64,000 nt of DNA from the human T2T-CHM13v2.0 reference genome, Homo sapiens. Each line of letters starts with the position of its first letter. Positions within the stretch are counted from its first letter, which is position 1. Under the pieces are notes generated by a model that saw only the letters and a list, made by a program, of their open reading frames with translations, was not told where the DNA came from and searched no databases. Location of the stretch: the NCBI RefSeq assembly GCF_009914755.1, contig NC_060929.1. The stretch is one strand, 5' to 3'. Position numbers and translations under genes: made by a program. Shown here one piece after another: positions 1 to 15,002 of this stretch.

Positions 1-2550
1 CAAGTTCACAAGTTTAGAAAATGCTATAAATTCCACACTCCCTCCCCCTTAACAAGTCTTGCAAAAAAGAAATTTGTTTAACTCTTTTCCAAACCAAGCT
101 AACAGTGAAGCCCTTCTTTCTTTCTGGGAAGGGGGATGGGCAGAGAATGTTTGTTAGCTAAGCTACACACACTAGGACTGGTCATTTAGGATGAATTCAA
201 GCAGCAAGGCAAATAAAAATAAAAAGAGAAACTAACAGTACTGCCACTGTTTTCAGGTGCCCTACCTCCTCTGTACCTCTGATTCACCTCTGATCCTTAT
301 CTCAGGAGGTCTCCAAGGTCTACTGGGTTTATCCCCATGCTTCCCCAAAGCAGGTATGGAGAAGACAAATAAGGGAGGCTAACTTTGCCCTTAAAAGGGA
401 TATAAGTATGATGTTTGGCAAGAAAGTAAGAGCCTGATCAAGTGAAGACAGAACTAGAGTTTTACTTGGGGCCCATTGCTAGACTGTCATCTCCCCATGA
501 ATCCCCTACCCCCAAAACACTCACTTTGTCCTTTACCTCATTTTTCTTTTAGACAGCAAGTTAGGGGTTAACTCATATTTCATTCAAATGCTTGAAAGAA
601 CAACTCAGCCACACTGGACCACTGAATTATACTCAAAGATCACTTGTTCACTACCTCCCCATCCCTTTTGTGCCTATTCGACAAGGAAGGAATCCTCTGG
701 TTTAAGGAAAGACAGGCTACAGATGAAGAAAACATCAGTGATAAAGGTACTTACAGAATTGAGATGCTAAAAGAAAAAATGAAAAAGTAAAGCAAGAAAA
801 TGTCAGGTTCAAAGTGGGCAGAAGAAAGGATTTATTTTTTATATTTGCCTCAGAAAAAAGCCATTTTAATAAAACCTATGGGAGAACCTAATTCTCTTCC
901 CAGACCCAAATGCTAATCAACTCCCTGGGCTCTTTATATAAACAGCAGCAGTGGGTCCGACAGGGTTGGGTAGTCTGGGACAACAACTAAATCGCTGTTT
1001 CATAACAAGGAGTCCAATTCTAGCTTCTTCATTTAATAAAGATAGCAAAAGTATTTACCCCTCAGTCTAATGGCTTTGAGTAAACAGTCTGAAAGGAAGG
1101 TGTTAAAACATCCATCACAAAGACAGAAGGGACTGCAGCCATCTTCTGCAGTTGTTTTTCCATTCTGTGGAACCTGACCAGAAGCCCTGGCAACACAGAC
1201 CCAAGGCTTTAAAAACATCTGCAGGCTCATGACAATGACATGACTCTGTCATGGTTAACTACATAATCCATTGCAAGGGAAATCTCCACCACTTGGCATT
1301 TGTGACTACTTTTTCAAAAAGTTTACTACCAAAATATATATACTGAACATTCACAAAATGTTAGCACTACAAAGGACCTTAGATCTTGTCTAGTTCAAAT
1401 ACCCACCTTTTTTTTTAATATTTGAGAAAAGTAAGATGTTAAATGATTTGTCTGTCATCAAAAATAAGGAGGTTTGTTCACAAAGAGTAGAAATTGAAAA
1501 AAATAATAAGGAGGGTGGGCTGGAAGTTGGAAAAATTGGAAACAGAATCCTAGAAATTAGATTGGTTATTTTGTACACCTAAACAAATATTAGTACATAT
1601 AAAAATTCATAATTTAATACACTTCCAAAATTTAGGTAGAAGTCAGTGAGCAGACTTAAAATATCGGTGAATTAGAAGCAGTGGTGACGAGTGATTTTTT
1701 TTTTTATATCAGTGTTTACCACTGATATAAATGTCATGAATACAAGTAAAAATATTACTGGAAGATAATGTTTTCTAGGTTAAAGCCTTTCCTGCTCCTC
1801 TCTAGGCAAATAGATTTTGGTTTCTTCTGCCCACGAGAGGGTTGCAGAAACTCATATTCCTGGGCAATGAGGCCAGGTGACCCCTAGGAACACAGTCTTC
1901 ATTGCCTCAAACTGGCCTTCCTCCCTAGTCTAGCTGTCAGCCGTCATCACGCTACCACCATGCCACAGTGGGATCAGCATTATTCTCATTGGTCTTCTAC
2001 CCAGGCTGACATTGTTGAAAGAAACCTTGTCCTGCAGGTACCTCGAAGCTGGCATAGGTAAACTTCTGGCATCATTTTATGTGATATAGTCTATTATTAA
2101 TTAAAGGGGTATATCTTACTGTCTTAAGAAAAGCACAGAACTTGTTAATGAGATCACACTCATATAATTTGCTATTTGCTGATACCAACAATTTGGTATG
2201 TAAAATACAGAGAGAATAATAACATTCTTCATCGGGTGATTATGAGATTCCAATGAGTAACTACATGTGAGTGCTAACCAGTGCCTTGTGCACAGCAGGC
2301 ACTCAATAAGTGCTGGGTTTTGTTAGTATTGAAGGGTGATTGATATTTTAAAGAACTGGATGAATCAGACAGTTTTGAGACACCCAAAGAGGCAGGAAGA
2401 TACAGACTGAGCTGCCTGGAAGGAAAACAATATATGAGAAAGAGCTGGCAATGGATAAGGTTAAAAGAAAAAGATCAAAACATGACCTAACAAAATACAG
2501 TAAAAAAAAAAATCAAAACAGAAAACAAAAAAGCCAATCAGGATACTTGA

Positions 2551-2887
<337 letters not shown>

Positions 2888-2899
2888 TTGCTCAGACTT

Positions 2900-3075
2900 T
2901 TAAGAATAGTGTGGCCAGTTTTGAACTCTGAGGCGAAGAATTGGAGGCAGTCCAGAGGAGAGCAATAAAATAATCAAGGGGTTGGGATACAGGCCATACT
3001 AAGAAAAGATAAAAGGAGCTGGGGTTATTTGACCTAGAGAATAAAAGGCTGAGGAGGTTAAGAAAAGATTTATGA
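2900..3075 (+). mobile_element. L3/CR1 LINE fragment
   Basis: gtccagaggagagcaa...aaggagctggggttatttgacctagagaataaaaggctgagg resembles the CR1/L3 3' ORF2 region. Confidence 0.6.
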
Positions 3076-5012
3076 CCACAGAAGAACACTGCTGTGACGG
3101 TGAGTGGCTAGGACACTGAGGACAAAGCAAAGAGGAAAAGGCCTACAGAGTGCCCGGATTGGCCGAGATCGATGCAAGCCTCTGCAGGGAGGAAGAGGGT
3201 GTACAGAGGGAGGCCAGCTCTTCTTAGGAGAGGGGAGGTATAATTTGGTTCACATGTAAACTCTGATAACCTCAAATTTCCTGTGGTCACCTCCAAAATG
3301 TATGTAAATTATTTGTAGTATCTATAAGAAACCTTGCAAGTTCTAAAATTCCCAGTACCATTAGGAAGTGTATGGACTGTGGGATTTTGGGTGTTGAAGT
3401 CTGTTGTGTAAGCTATAAACAAACTGTACTTGACTCTTTGAAAACAAACAAAAACACATGAACACAGATGACACCCAAGGACCATTCAATGGAAAAGTGC
3501 AGTCATCATCGCTGATTTTCAAGCTTTGGAATAAATCAAGGGGAGGGTTTTTTTTTCAGCTAGTTATATCGGGAAGGAAAAATATTGTTTTGATGGTTTC
3601 AGTCTTCTATTCCTTTGTCAAACACAACAATTTGCCTCACTGTTTATAAAATGGTGGTATTGGGCAGAGGAAAACAACATTTTCCAAGCAACAGGGGTAG
3701 ATCATTCATAGTTTATACTTAAATGTAAGTGTGGTAGATCTTGTGTGTTTTAAAAACAATTTGAGATTTAGTCTACTAACCCAGAAAGTTAATTAAGTTA
3801 CTTCTGGGGATAAAGGAGAAAGAAAGGAGGCTGGAAGTTGCTACCTCACTCAGCAGGAAAGAGAGGTGAAAAGTCTCATTGCTAGTAACTTACTGAGCAG
3901 GGAACTAGGCCCCATGGGTACAAATATCTGGGGAGGGGATGAATTGTTGTTAAACCAAACTAAATGTATCTAAGCTAAGCACCAAGCCCCAGGAGCATTT
4001 GCTTTGTTCCAAAGAAGTACTTATTAAAGACACTAGTGGAGCTTCTCAAAGCTGAATGTACTGTAGCTGGATCAGCAGTGGGAAAATACAGAAGTAGAAT
4101 GAAGCCAAACCCTGGAAAGATGCTAGTTAAGGGACTTGGTTCTTCAAGAGACTTTCTGTGAGCGTTTAAGTTTCCAAATTAATATCCTTTCATCATTTAC
4201 TATAGAGTGACTTGTGTTATTAAATTGACCAAGGACTCAAAGAGCTCCTCCTCACTCTTGATAATTCTATTACTGTTAATAGTCACCATGAATTGACTCC
4301 TTAAAGTTGTTAAGGTCACTGCTCATAAAGGAGAGACTCATCTTGCAAGTCTGGTCTTACTTCCCTTCAATCTGACAGACACTTGAGTGAGCTAATGATA
4401 AAAATGATGGGGGTCGGATAGGGTCTTAATTAATGGATAGATGAGGATGAGGATCACAACTGAGGAACCAAAGAGACATCAGTCTAATGCTCTGTTGTAA
4501 TGCTTTGCTATAAGCACATTTTATATTTTTGTAATGAAAAATCCTTGTTGTACAAAGATGCTCTGAAAATGTAAGCAAAATCTACAACAATGAGATTATC
4601 AACCCATAAATTCTACTAATAGATTTTACTATAAAAATAGCCCTACAAAAAGGCAAAACAAGAACCATAGTATCCATCACTGAAATTACATCATCTAGTG
4701 ACAAAGAAAACACAACGGTACCACGATTGCAACTTCACGCAGTAATGTGACCAGATCCCAGTACTATAAAATAATAGTAAGTAGCCAACGAAGATTCAGG
4801 ATTTAGGAAAGTCATAGAACTTTAAAATATGCTCTTCAATTTACTGGCAGTCTGAAGAGAACAAATAACTTTGTTTTTCTCACCATGTTATCCAAAATGT
4901 TCTGAAAACTAGTTTCTGTGTTTTCATTAAGTTAATATTACTGGTATTTACCTATGGTGATCTTGAATTACTCCAATCAATCAGCAAGAGGAAGAAAGAT
5001 ATCTATACAAAC

Positions 5013-5176
5013 CTACATATGGTCCACCGGGTTTGATAACTTTTGTGCTTCGGTTGCGGGATTCCTCCTCTGCCTGGGTCATTCTTTCTCGTGTCATCTG
5101 ATACGAGTCGTTTGTTGCACACACTGTAATTTTATCTTGTATAAATCCCAGGCAATTGAGCTGGGAGGCTCCAGAG
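5013..5176 (-). CDS. ELL2: ELL2 coding exon 4 (164 nt, (S)[54 protein letters not shown](G))
   Basis: Inside ORF 4981..5235(-). Acceptor ttgacAG, donor TAG|GTTTGT, phase 2-1. ELL-family motif [14 protein letters not shown]. Confidence 0.95.
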
Positions 5177-5758
5177 CTGTCAAGTAAGTCAGTGGCTTTG
5201 TTAGACATGACCTTCATTTTGTACAATAAAGGCAAACAAGAATTATATAATCCTAAAATCAGCAGCCCAACTAAGTTTGCAATCCTAAAATAACTAATAT
5301 TAATTTTTAAATGTAAATGCTATTTAAAATATCTAAGATCCTTCTCTTCACTTTTTTTCATATTCTTTATATAATGGATGAAGTGAGCTCTCAGAGACCA
5401 AATCCATAAAATTTTGAAAAAGAAAAAAAATCAGTATTTAGAGTGAGACCAGAGTTCTGATGGGCATTGTAGTTGTTTTATTTAACTGTTAACTATTTTA
5501 AAGAATTATCTAACACTGATATGAGGAAAGTTAAAAAGTTTAGTTTTAGTAAAACCACAATATACATGGTCTGGACTGACTAGTTGAAACGGACTCACCA
5601 CACATTCTTTTTTATTTTAAATAATATATTAATTTTAAGGCTAACATACTGACAAAAATTAAAGCTTACTTTAATATTATTAGTCCAAAAAGTTCCTAAA
5701 AATTTGCAGAATTTGTATTTACTTTGTTAAATCTCTATATAAGATGACCTACTTATTA

Positions 5759-6146
<388 letters not shown>

Positions 6147-6354
6147 CTAGAAGATGGCTCTGTTTCAAAGTAACATGTTAATATTAGGGGGATCATGGTC
6201 ACAGTCATAACTGGTATTTTATAAAGAAATTGCTATGGCCTGAAAACAAACTGGAATATAAAACTAATGAAAGTGACACTACAGCTCTGATCATCTATAT
6301 CCAAACTTAATTAGAAGTAACTTTGTTATAATACAAAGAAATAAAGGTTGATAA

Positions 6355-6640
<286 letters not shown>

Positions 6641-6716
6641 TGATAAAATCTTTATAAATTGCTAATAACTGTCTTTACAAATGCTATTTAAGAAAAACAC
6701 ACACACAAAAACCAGT

Positions 6717-8050
6717 TAATTCATCTCATAAATATTTATTGGGCAGGGACTGCATGCCTAGCAATGTGTGAAGCAGAGAGGTTGTGACAAGAACTAACAG
6801 TTGTGGTCCCTCTTTCAAGGAACTAATGGGTGACAAGGATGGACAAACTGGAAATCATAACACAGTGTGACAAATTCCAGGGAGCAGAGGACTCCCAGAA
6901 AGGTAATCTCACCTGGACTTCCCAGAGGAGGTGATGCCTGAGGTGATCTAGAAAGATGACTGGGCAAGGGGGAAGAAGAATGAAAGTGTTCAGGGAGGAC
7001 AACTAATCTGTGCAGGGCCAGGAAGAGCAAAAAGAAGGTTTTCAAATTGTCCAAAGAAAGTTGGGAAGGACAATTACAGCTGAAGCTGAAGAGGGAATGA
7101 GAAATACATCACAAAGGGCTCTGAGGGTCATGTGTTACAGGTTTTGGACCTTATCCAAAGGATAACGAGAGGCTGAAATCAGGGGAGAGAAAATAACTCA
7201 TTTGTATTGCAGAAAGCTCAATCTGGATGGAGGATAGATTGAGAGGAAGGGGGACACCAGAAGGAAAGAAAAGAGGCCACTTAGGATGCTACTGAAGGAT
7301 TACAGGCAAGCAGTGATGGCATGAACCAGAGTAGGGCAGTGAGAGTGTAGAATAGTACACAGCTTCCAGAGATAGTGAGGAAGTGGAACTGACAAAACGT
7401 GGTCAGTAGTTAGCCACACTCAGAGAGAGGTGGGGGAAAAAAGTTAAAGATCATGCCCAGGTCACGAGGTATATGGAAGCTGCTATGTACTGAAACACTG
7501 AACACAAGATGAAGGACAGGTTGGGAGACAGGACTGGGACAAAGAACATAAGTTCAGTGTTGGAGATGGTGACCTTGAAGGAATGAGGAGAGAAGGGGTC
7601 TCAGGAGGGAACCAACTGTGAAGAACACTAGTATTTAAGCAAAAGGAAGAAAAGAAGACCACATGAGACTGAAAAGCCACAGCTACAGAGGTAGGAAGGA
7701 AACCAGAAGAGTACTGTGTAATGTAAGCCACTGGAACAGACGCTTCAAGCAGGAGAGAGTGGTCAACAGTGTGCAACACTGGCAACAAGTCCAGAATAAT
7801 AAGGAACCAATAACACATCCACTGGATTTTGGGGGCAGGGAGGTCACAGCTCCCTTGGGGAAGCAGTTTCAGTGGAATGGTGGGCACTGAAGCCAGACTT
7901 TGGGTTGAGAAGTGAATGTAAGAGAGGTTGTTTTTGTTTTTTATTTTCTTTTTTAATAAGACAGACTTGAGCATGTTTGCATGCCAAAGGAAAAAAAAAA
8001 AACCCACTGACAGAGGAATGCTGAGAGAGGGGAAGGTAATCCTCAGAGGA
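6717..8050 (-). mobile_element. L2 LINE, degraded
   Basis: Starts with the reverse of the L2 3' end (ttcat..aaatatttattg); purine-rich body with L2-like words (gaccttatcc, gcagtttcagtggaatggtggg..agccagact). Confidence 0.7.
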
Positions 8051-9380
8051 AGTGGGAGAGAGGGGGGAGAGTGGGAGAAAATGACTGCAATAGAGTGAAG
8101 GTCTGGTGGCAGAAAGTTTGTATTTCAACATCTCTTCCTATTATTTACTAAGTAATTTACATAGTGAGAATAAGCTGAACATACTGCCCCTCATGCGAAG
8201 TCAGAAAACAGATCTTTATGCAAAACAAACGGAGCTAAACGCTGTAGGCAAGAAGGTACTCTCTAGAATTCTTCACTCATCCCTTCTCAACCGAGTTACC
8301 CTGAAAGTTTAAATATTTTAGACAAATGTATATAAATGCTCCCTTAGTCTTTCTCTAGCCTAGCTCACCATTTCCTTCGCTTAAGTGTGCATTATTATAC
8401 ACTATAGGTCCTAGACTATATATTTTTCACTAAGTCTGAAAATGGGTAGACTTAAGGAATTTTTGAAAGGCAATTTTGACTGTGACATTGATTTCATTTT
8501 ATATATGAGAAAAGTGAGAATCAAGGAAGTTTAAAAATATAGATAAGAAGACTAGTTAATTTGTATTTGTTGAACATTTATTTACTGAGCATCTGTTTTT
8601 ACCCTTTTATCTCCAGGTTGAGTCAATAAGCATGTATTTTGAGCTCAGTCAGCACTGTGAAATTAGAAAAAGGGCATAAGAAAGCCTCTGACCTTGAAGA
8701 GCATGCACTGTGGTCAGAGAGAAAAGATCCATAAGGAAAATGGAAATTAAATTGAATGGAAAAGGTGAAGCCAGATTATGGACAGGTCAGCTTGCCAGGC
8801 TGTGAAGTGAAAGCCTGAGAACAAAAGCTAGTGCTTTTGTTTTCCTAGTGGCAGACTTCAATTTATACCCTTACTACCTCATTTTATAAGGCACCTTGGA
8901 TTATACAGAGGGGATACATTTGCCCCAATATTTTCACAATAAGTGTTTCTATTCTCTTACTGCATCATACATAGTTTTGTAAGTGACCTTAAATCCTTTC
9001 CAAACAAGGAAGGTAGAAATAACCACACAGGGTATTTATAATGTAAGAGTAAAGCCATATTACTTACAATGATATGAATGCTTTTGAAGAGAGGATTAAG
9101 CTCCTTAATAAAATTCCTAAGGGGACATTGTTCAATTTGATATCAAAATGTGCTCACTATAATAAAACAACAATCTAGAGACAAGCACCACAATTAAAAA
9201 TTAGTGTACCATGTTGTGTGTAAAGAATACTGGGGTGGGAATTAGAAGAACTCAGTTCTCATTTAGCCTAGCCACTAACTAACCAGCTACATAACTCTGG
9301 ATAAATCACCTGTGAAATGAAGGGATTGACTCACACAATCACTAAGGACCCTAATACTTGGTGATTCTATAATCTATCAT

Positions 9381-9581
9381 AGTGCTGATCAATAGAACAT
9401 TTTGCAAGAGTGAAAATGTTATATAACTGTGCTGTCTACTATGATAGTAACAGGTAGCTACTGAGACCACAAAATGTGGTTAGTGTGAATGTGCAATGAT
9501 GTTTTAAATTTTATTTAATTTTTTATCAGTTGAAATGTAAATAGCCAATGTGGCCAGTGGCCATCACAGTGGACAGCACAG
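9381..9581. mobile_element. MER3-like hAT DNA transposon (MITE)
   Basis: gtgctgatcaatagaac...ttttatttaatt...aaatagccaatgtggccagtggc...ggacagcacag, with terminal inverted similarity. Confidence 0.75.
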
Positions 9582-10665
9582 AAAAGTCTATATAATCTAC
9601 AATATAGCAATTTATGCCAAAACATTTAAGTTTGAAGGTGGGTAATTTTCAGAAAGCAACATGAATATATCCTTGGGGAAAATGACAGATTAAATAACAA
9701 AAAGTTACGTAGACACCTTAAATGGGAGGATAAAGGTAAAACTCTGTCAGTGTCTTATTTTGTATCTCTGCCTCCTGTACCTGCTGGAAACACAACTTTG
9801 CTTCTTCTTTTCCCCCACATTGAGCAAGTACTTACATAGTTTCAAGTACTGCACAGATAAGTCACAGAGATACGCTGGTCTAGGGTACTTGGGGCTAATG
9901 TCAAAGCCTTACATGAGGAGGAAATGAGAGAGACCCTAACCTCCCTTGTCTATATCCAGGGGCAGAACAAACTCCTGCTCAAGGGCCTATTCTTTAATCA
10001 GAAACAACCAAAGCAATGAAGAGTGAAACAAGTGGCTTATTGTTTACAGAGGATCTAAGTAGATAAGCGTCCCATGGTACCCTAGGGTGTGGGTGTGTAT
10101 ATTCTTGTCTTCCTCCTCCTTTTTTTTTTTTTCTTTTTTTTTAAGAAGAAGGAGAGACTGCTTTACTGGGTTAATTTCTAGTTTCCATGCAGCTGTAGAA
10201 TAAAGATGTTTAAAAATCTACCTTCTACCTTAGAACATGGCTTGAACAGGGAAGAAGGAAGAAAGCATGCAAGATGGATATTTTTAACTTCTTTACCCTG
10301 GAGTATGAGCCTCAAATATGCTATAAGATTCTTGCTTAAATTCAATGAATTAAATATTTCTAAAAAAAATCCTCAAATTGCCTTTAGTTTTCAAAAACTG
10401 CATTTTTATAGGTTAAAAAATATCTTCTGTACCTTAAAAGCCCCATTAGACCAAAAATCTTTGAACTGTTGTGATTATATCCCCATTACAAATGAAATTT
10501 CTATTACACAGTAGGTGCTTAATATTTTTCAGATAAATAAATGAGCTCTGTAATTCAATTTAATACACGTTTATGGATGAATATTATGTATTGTATTGTT
10601 TAATTTTCTAAAACCCTCTTAAATAAAAAATTTTTCCCCTTCAGTGTACCTTGAAAAGTACTTAC

Positions 10666-10787
10666 CTGGAGAATGTTTGCTGGATGCAGTCAAAGCTGCC
10701 CTGAGGGTTGTCTTTGCCCACATTTGACAAATAAAAGTTAAAGTTATGAACTTCATTGAGGGGATCATTTTTGGGAATTTTGACAAG
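10666..10787 (-). CDS. ELL2: ELL2 coding exon 3 (122 nt, [40 protein letters not shown])
   Basis: Acceptor tctctcttttcccctcattttAG, donor CAG|GTAAGT, phase 0-2. Carries the ELL-family motif [17 protein letters not shown]. Confidence 0.96.
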
Positions 10788-11483
10788 CTAAAATGAGGGG
10801 AAAAGAGAGAAACGCCTCAAATTATAAATTTGCCATAGAAAAGTCTTAAGACTGACTTACTGGTTTTTCTAGTGAAAATCATTTTAGACCTAAGCCCTTT
10901 TGATATATACATCCTCGCAGCATTTAAATGACCAAACAATTCAAGGAATCTGGCAAACATGCCTATAACTTACCAGATTCTTATTTCCATTTTCTACCTT
11001 TAAGTGTCAGTAATCACTTCTGCTCAATAGTTTCTATTAGTTTATAAGAGGAACCCTTTTCATTTCAAAGTAGCAAATGGTTACAGTTCTTATGAAAGAG
11101 TTATTAGTGAATTTGTAAAAAGCTCTTCCTCTTTTGAGCAATACAAGTTTTGTCTTTGGCTTACATGACCCCCTTCTAAATAGCTTCTATATATTGAAGC
11201 AATCTCTGAGATAAGAGTCCATATCCGAATCTTTGGCTCTTATAATAAAAAAACACATTTCATTTTAATTCTTGCTTCTTAGAGCAGTATTTTTGAACTT
11301 CTTAGAGTAACAGCATAAGGTTAATGCCATAATTGCATTCACAGGTAAAAACTGCTGTCCTAAGATGCCATTATACATCCTCATGTTTACAGAAACAGGG
11401 TCTGCAGCCTACAGAGATGATTCTGTAGGTCACTCCTAGGCTAAGCCCCAGGAAACACTGTGGAACAGGAAGATGTATTTTCT

Positions 11484-11522
11484 TTGTTGTTGTTGTTATT
11501 TTTATTTTTAAATTTTTAATAT

Positions 11523-11569
<47 letters not shown>

Positions 11570-11757
11570 TTTTTGAGACGGAGTCTCGCTCTGTTGCCCA
11601 GGCTGGACTGCAGTGGCGCGATCTTGGCTCACTGCAACCTCCACCTCCCCGGTTCAAGCAATTCTCTGCCTCAGCCTCCTGAGTAGCTGGGATTATAGGT
11701 GCCCGCCACTACGCCCAGCTAATTTTTTTGTATTTTTAGTAGAGACGGGGTTTCACC
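11484..11757 (-). mobile_element. 5'-truncated Alu with (TTTA)n tail and ~19-bp TSD
   Basis: TSD acagg(a/c)agatgtattttct at 11465-11483 and 11758-11776. Confidence 0.93.
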
Positions 11758-13317
11758 ACAGGCAGATGTATTTTCTACACTCTTGTTCAAGGGCTGGCTT
11801 CCCTACTAGATGAGAAGTCCCAGGAGCAAAGGGACAGAGTTGTTAAAGACCACTGAGGTCCTGCATTGGCCACATTGCCTGATATGTAGTAGGGGCTCAA
11901 AAAAGGTGTGTGCAATTGGAATCTTCTGTCCTTCAACTGCTCCACTCTTCCTAGTGTCTGAAACCTTTCCTCCCTTGGGTCTGCATGGTGTTAGGTGATA
12001 ATTAAAAAAAAGGATTAGTTGGCAAGAATGTAAAATATGACTTAACCGAACTTCAGCTCCCAAACATACAGTCTTAGTAATTTAGCAGACAAGTAGGGAA
12101 GGGAAAAGTGTTTTATAATCCTCATTCTCCAAAAAATCTGTCCTTTCCATTATAAGATGAAGACAGCACTAACTTGCTGCTTAGCGTGTATGCACTCACA
12201 CTCATGAATGGGCACAGGCATGGGCAAAGGCATGTATGATTCCTGCCTTTGCTCTGCCCTGCAAGATAACCTGCAACCACTGAATTGCTCAATCTAAAAG
12301 TCTCCCAAACCTTGACCTATAGGAAAGAACTGCAGTCACCAATTCCTGCCTTCCCTTCCTCCCAACCCTGGAAAAAGGTAAAAAGAAAAAAAGGTAAGAA
12401 GGGAGACAATTGTAGTATCTGGCACATAGTAGACATATAATAAATATTTGTTGAAGGAATAAATGAACAAGAAGTAATAAATCAAAGAAAAATGTTTTTT
12501 GAAAGGAGATTCAGATGACTTGTATAGAGCTTTAAAAGGTCAAATTTCACCAAAGATACTATAGATAGATAATACTCCATAGAGCCTCCATCATCCATGA
12601 ATTTAAACTATCTTTGACTCCCTATTTGAAATTAGAGACAACTCCTGGCACAAGTTTCTGTGTTTTTATCTATTTTATAAATATCTTTTGAGGGCCCTAA
12701 CGTTACTCTTTAATTCCCAAAACTTTCCCCAGTTCTAAAGTGCTGTAACTTTGTGAACAAGTCTTAATTTACTCTGTAGGTAGGTATTCATCAGGCTGTC
12801 TTACTGGGTGTGCACGCTCAGCGCCTAGTTGGCATACATATATTGGCAACTTCTTAATCCTACAGCAGTAGAGGCAAACAGGAGCCAAAGGAATGCTTGC
12901 GTCAGGCACAAGAGAACATAAGGCTACCTGCATACTGGTATAACAGTACTCACTAATGTCTGCTTTTGTTTCTCTGGGAAGAGCAGGGTTCTGCTGACAG
13001 AGAAGGGATATGCCTAGATAGGTAAGAAAGGTGTGGACACCTGAATGAAATCCCCTCCCTAGGCATGACTCATTTAACTTCCATCCATCTTCTCCCCTAA
13101 CCCTTCATCTAGATCTGCAGAACCTGGTTGGAGAAATTTTAAAAGTGGTTTTAAAGAGGTCTCATCTCCATATGATATTTCATCTTCCTATGAGGCTCCA
13201 GCTTCGGTTTAGATCTAAAGTTTTCCCTACTGCATAGCTCAGGTTTGGGAATATAGCAGTACTTCCATACCTATCAGAGAATGTAAGACCATCCCATCTG
13301 GTAGACTCTAAATTGCA

Positions 13318-13607
13318 TTTTTTTTTTTTGAGACGTAATCTCTCTGTCGCCCAGGCTGGAGTGCAGTGGCACGATCTCAACTCACTGCAAGCTCCGCCTC
13401 CTGGTTCACACCATTCTCCTGCCTCAGCCTCCCAAGTAGCTGGGACTACAGGCACCCGCCACCACGCCCGGCTAATTTTTTGTATTTTTAGTAGACACAG
13501 GGTTTCACTGTGCTAGCCCAGACGGTCTTGATCTCCTGACCTCGTGATCTGCTGGCCTTGGCCTCCCAAAGTGCTGGGATTACAGGCGTGAGCCACTGCG
13601 CCCAGCC
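13318..13607 (-). mobile_element. Alu (AluY/Sc-like) with TSD taaattgcatttt
   Basis: Diagnostic gcaagctccgcctcc and caccattctcc; TSD on both sides. Confidence 0.95.
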
Positions 13608-14131
13608 TAAATTGCATTTTTAAAAGGTTGAATTGTACAGTTTTTTTCCCCCTATTTTTCAAGAGTGATTAGAGTCTGTACTCAAATTCTGCAAATGTGC
13701 AGTGTTCTTTTAGTGAAAACTTTTAACTTCATGGCTGGAGTCCTTTAGTTCAAATGTCCACTAAACAGAGTGTTACAGAAAGCTCTTAACAAACCTTTGT
13801 TACTTAAATGTAGCTTTTTCCTTTCTCATCCTCCAAACCACCCAATCCTAACTTCTTAAGTAACATTTATGCTTTTTAAGGTAAAATAATTATCTTTCTA
13901 TGCATTTTTTTCTCTTAAAGCATTATAGTTTGGCCTGATGGTGGACACAGAAGACTTTCATATTCTTGTTTTTTAAAAGTCTCTTCAGTAGGAAAAAAGC
14001 TACAGATTTAAAAAATATGACCATGACTAGAATAGAATCAGCTTAAAAAGAAACAAAGTTTTTAAAAAATCATAATCCATGCTATGTACTCACCAAAGTG
14101 TTTTGAAATTTGTGTTACACATAGATTAAAA

Positions 14132-14300
14132 CAGTGGTTCTTAACAAGGGGCAATTTTGTCCCCCAGAGGACATTTGGTCTGGGAGGGTGCTATTGGCAT
14201 GTAGTGGGAGGCCAGAGATACTGCCAAACACCCTACACTGCACAGGACATTCCCTCCAATTACGCAGTACAAAATATCAGTAGGGCCAAGGCTGATAAAT
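14132..14300. mobile_element. MER20 hAT DNA transposon
   Basis: cagtggttcttaac..ggggcaattttgtcccccagaggacatttgg...gaggccagagatactgccaaaca...tgcacaggaca. Confidence 0.8.
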
Positions 14301-14326
14301 TTTGGATTATAAACAGAAATAGGTCA

Positions 14327-14530
<204 letters not shown>

Positions 14531-14838
14531 TCAATCCCTACCATTTTTCCTTGTTCTTATCATATGCCACACACAATGATAAGATTCTCAGACTGCTAAA
14601 GATCAGTAACAAACCACCTCTGTCCTCACCTCTGATAGCAGAACTTCTCAACAGTCTCTCCTACCTGCGTGTAACACTATGGGTATATTTGAGCAGTACG
14701 CAGACACGGCAGGGGCAGGCATCAGGGCAAATAGTGTTCACTTTGGGACCAAAGGGTGACTCTTGATGCACGTCATGAGTTTCTTTGCAGCTATGGAGCT
14801 GAAGTGGAGCTTAGAGGTTAGGGAACAAAGGGACATGG

Positions 14839-15002
14839 AGCCCAGGCCAATCAGAGTTCTACATTGCCTTTTCTTGGTAGTTTCAGAGCAGCATCAATGC
14901 AGATGGTATGGTCTGAGCTAAGCCCAGGCCAATCAGAGTTCTACATTGCCTTTTCTTGGTAGTTTCAGAGCAGCATCAATGCAGATGGTATGGTCTGAGC
15001 TA
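14839..15002. repeat. Perfect 2 x 82-bp tandem duplication
   Basis: agcccaggccaatcagag...tggtctgagcta at 14839-14920 and 14921-15002. Confidence 0.95.

Noticed and set aside
7483-8007. 174-aa minus-strand ORF
   Set aside because: Lies in degraded L2; non-ATG start and low-complexity composition.
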